A stretch of DNA of 63,944 nucleotides, filler included, from Collodictyon triciliatum (taxonomy: Eukaryota): the NCBI GenBank assembly GCA_043381765.1. It is 8 parts of 8 records of this genome, joined end to end, with 100 filler letters (N's around TTAATTAATTAA, not from the genome) between each part and the next. Parts side by side here need not be neighbours in the genome. Positions count along the whole stretch, not along the records: positions 59,171 to 63,944 come from JBHJMP010003490.1; 7 more parts are not named here. One strand, given 5' to 3'. The notes below the pieces were generated by a model, which did no database searches, was not told the origin of the DNA, and saw nothing but the letters and a program-made list of their open reading frames with translations. Made by a program: the position numbers and the translations under genes. This document shows, one piece after another, positions 61,832-63,944 of this stretch; the first letter of the stretch is position 1; the number at the start of each line of letters is the position of its first letter.

Positions 61832-63847
61832 ATGAGTGTGAGTAAAGCTGCCTAGGCTGAAGTTGACCTTCTACTCGCTGTCTTGTTGTCGTCCTTTATC
61901 GTCGCCTGTAAACTTGTTTCATTCTTTGGCACGTTGCTTTGAAGGAAATGAAAAGAAAAATAGGAACGAAACAGTTATATAAAAAAGGGAGCTCTTTTCA
62001 ATCATGTTCTCTTCTCTTTTTCTTCTTTTTTTTTTTTCCACGACAGGGCGAGTTTTCAGATGACGATATGGGTGGGCATCCAGATCGCTTCCCTGAAGAG
62101 TCGCGGGACGATGAAAACTTCGAATACGGGGACGAGGAGGATCCTAAAGGAAATAAGGTTGTCGATTGAGTCTTAAAGTATTTTTTAGACATGCGCATGG
62201 GGATATTCAATACTATAATCACCCGCTCGCTTTTGGATGATACGTAACGAAAATCCAGGGCGCATAAGACTTTCAGTCAAAGAAGGGCCCAATAAATGAG
62301 TAAACAAATAAATGTGCTTGTAGGGCGAAGTTGTTGTCAATCAGCCATATGACGAGGTTGTTCATTTGAGCGACAATGAAGACGACATTGCCACACCCGA
62401 ACAATCCAAAGCGAGTATGACTCTCGATTACCGTGTTGACATTAAACATAATTGTTTTTCGGTTGTTTATATATGCATAAGTTGTGGTGGAAAATCAAAA
62501 GAGTAAATAGTGTGACGATGTATTGCACATGTGATTCCTCTATGAAAATGACAAAGTGAATAAATACAAGTATCCCGTCTACCAAAGTCTATGTGATATA
62601 AGATGCAGCATTTTACTGCACACTTTCTTCTTCAATATAGTCATGCATATGATGCATTTTTGTTTCGTGTTGCATACTTATTTTTTTTTCATATAAGTCC
62701 ACGGGGATGATGAAGAGGATGACCACGACGAGCATGACGAGCATGATGAACACGACGAGCACGATGACGAACATGACGAGCAAGATGACGAAGGCTCTGG
62801 TGACGACCATGATGAACCACCGGTATTTAACAGGCGATATTAGCTCACGATATAATTGATAACATGAATCTTCTATCCGTGCTTAAGTGTCCGTTTAAAA
62901 CACAGCCTTTGCTATAAGAGAAAATAATTGACCGTATACATTACACTTCCCCTCTGAATACACGGATTTATATCTTTCTGTAATGCTAACATTGCAATAA
63001 TTTTTTTTTTTTTATAAAAACTAAGGATATAAAAGGTGGCGAGCTATTCTGTTAATAATGAATTTTTAACCTTTAAAATGAAAAACAAAACAAAATAACA
63101 TCCAGCCAGTCGCACGCCAACAGCCAAAAGCGAATATGGGTAGCCTTGGCAATCAGTCGAATGCTGTGAAACCGTGAGATTTCTGTTTCATTCTGAATAT
63201 CTCTTATCACATAGCTCAGCTTACTTTTACTGTTTTGTCAAAATATGTCAAAAGACAGTTATTCTCAATCGCTCATTAAATTATCATGAAATTAAGGGCG
63301 CAATTATTGCTAATTTTCAAAAAACATAGATGATGTTGACAAGACTCATAAACCTAGTTCGCTATCAAACTAGATACTTGTCTTTTTTCTCTCTCTTAAT
63401 ATTAAAATTTTAACTTATAAGACATACACTCCCTAACAGTCAATCAAACTTTCCTGGAAATCAGCACGATGTTGACGGAACTTCAGACGAGGATGACGAT
63501 GATGAACCAGAATCCCCAAGCAAAACAGGGTAAATGAGAATTTATCCTGAAATATTCTACAACAAATTAACTTTCTCTCTGTTCCTACGTTCCTTTTTAT
63601 ATATCCAATACTGATACATATGATTACCTGTCATTTTTCCTCTAAAATCACCTCTCTTTATTTTCTTTGACTTTTCTACAGATACAACCCTGCTGATTAT
63701 GCGAACTTACCAGTGTCCCAAGAAATCAAAGAAATTTTCCAGTACATCACCAGATACAAACCACAGACCATAGACATCGAGGCTAAAATGAAACCTTTTA
63801 TCCCTGATTACATTCCCGCAGTGGGAGACATTGATGCATTCATAAAG
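61832..63847 (+). CDS. IFT46: Intraflagellar transport protein 46; continues past the window
   Basis: Exon ~63681-63847 YNPADYANLPVSQEIKEIFQYITRYKPQTIDIEAKMKPFIPDYIPAVGDIDAFIK is the conserved IFT46 block. Acidic N-terminal exons include VVNQPYDEVVHLSD. Micro-exon ATG AGT|GTGAGT at 61832. Confidence 0.92.
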
Positions 63848-63869
63848 GTTCACAGTTGGAAATAATTAG

Positions 63870-63932
<63 letters not shown>

Positions 63933-63944
63933 GTATTTTTTTTT

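Overview
This window is eukaryotic, not prokaryotic. It is eight unrelated contigs of about 8.3-8.4 kb, roughly sorted by size and joined by artificial N44-TTAATTAATTAA-N44 linkers. The source is an AT-rich, intron-rich, microsatellite-rich microbial eukaryote. It is probably flagellated (IFT46), aerobic and non-opisthokont (complex I gamma-carbonic anhydrase-like subunit), and has peroxisomes (a PTS1 signal). Recognisable host genes: an AMPK/MARK-like kinase with a coiled-coil tail, a class V PLP lyase (Egt2/isopenicillin N epimerase-like), an Rpb7-like subunit, a two-domain AAA ATPase, gamma-CAL, a bacterial-type TM-sensor-HAMP class III cyclase, a Kelch protein and IFT46. Most notable: (1) a decayed Fanzor1 (eukaryotic TnpB-like RNA-guided nuclease) followed by a multi-hairpin omegaRNA-like segment that ends in a Helitron-like hairpin plus CTAG|T; (2) a ~1,800-codon receptor-like reading frame (21 WD40 repeats, Cys-rich repeats, multi-pass TM domain) broken only by two in-frame TAG codons, both at Trp-equivalent positions; (3) non-LTR retroelement traces, including a TSD-flanked poly(A) mini-insertion. 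Exon boundaries were read by eye and no database searches were run.
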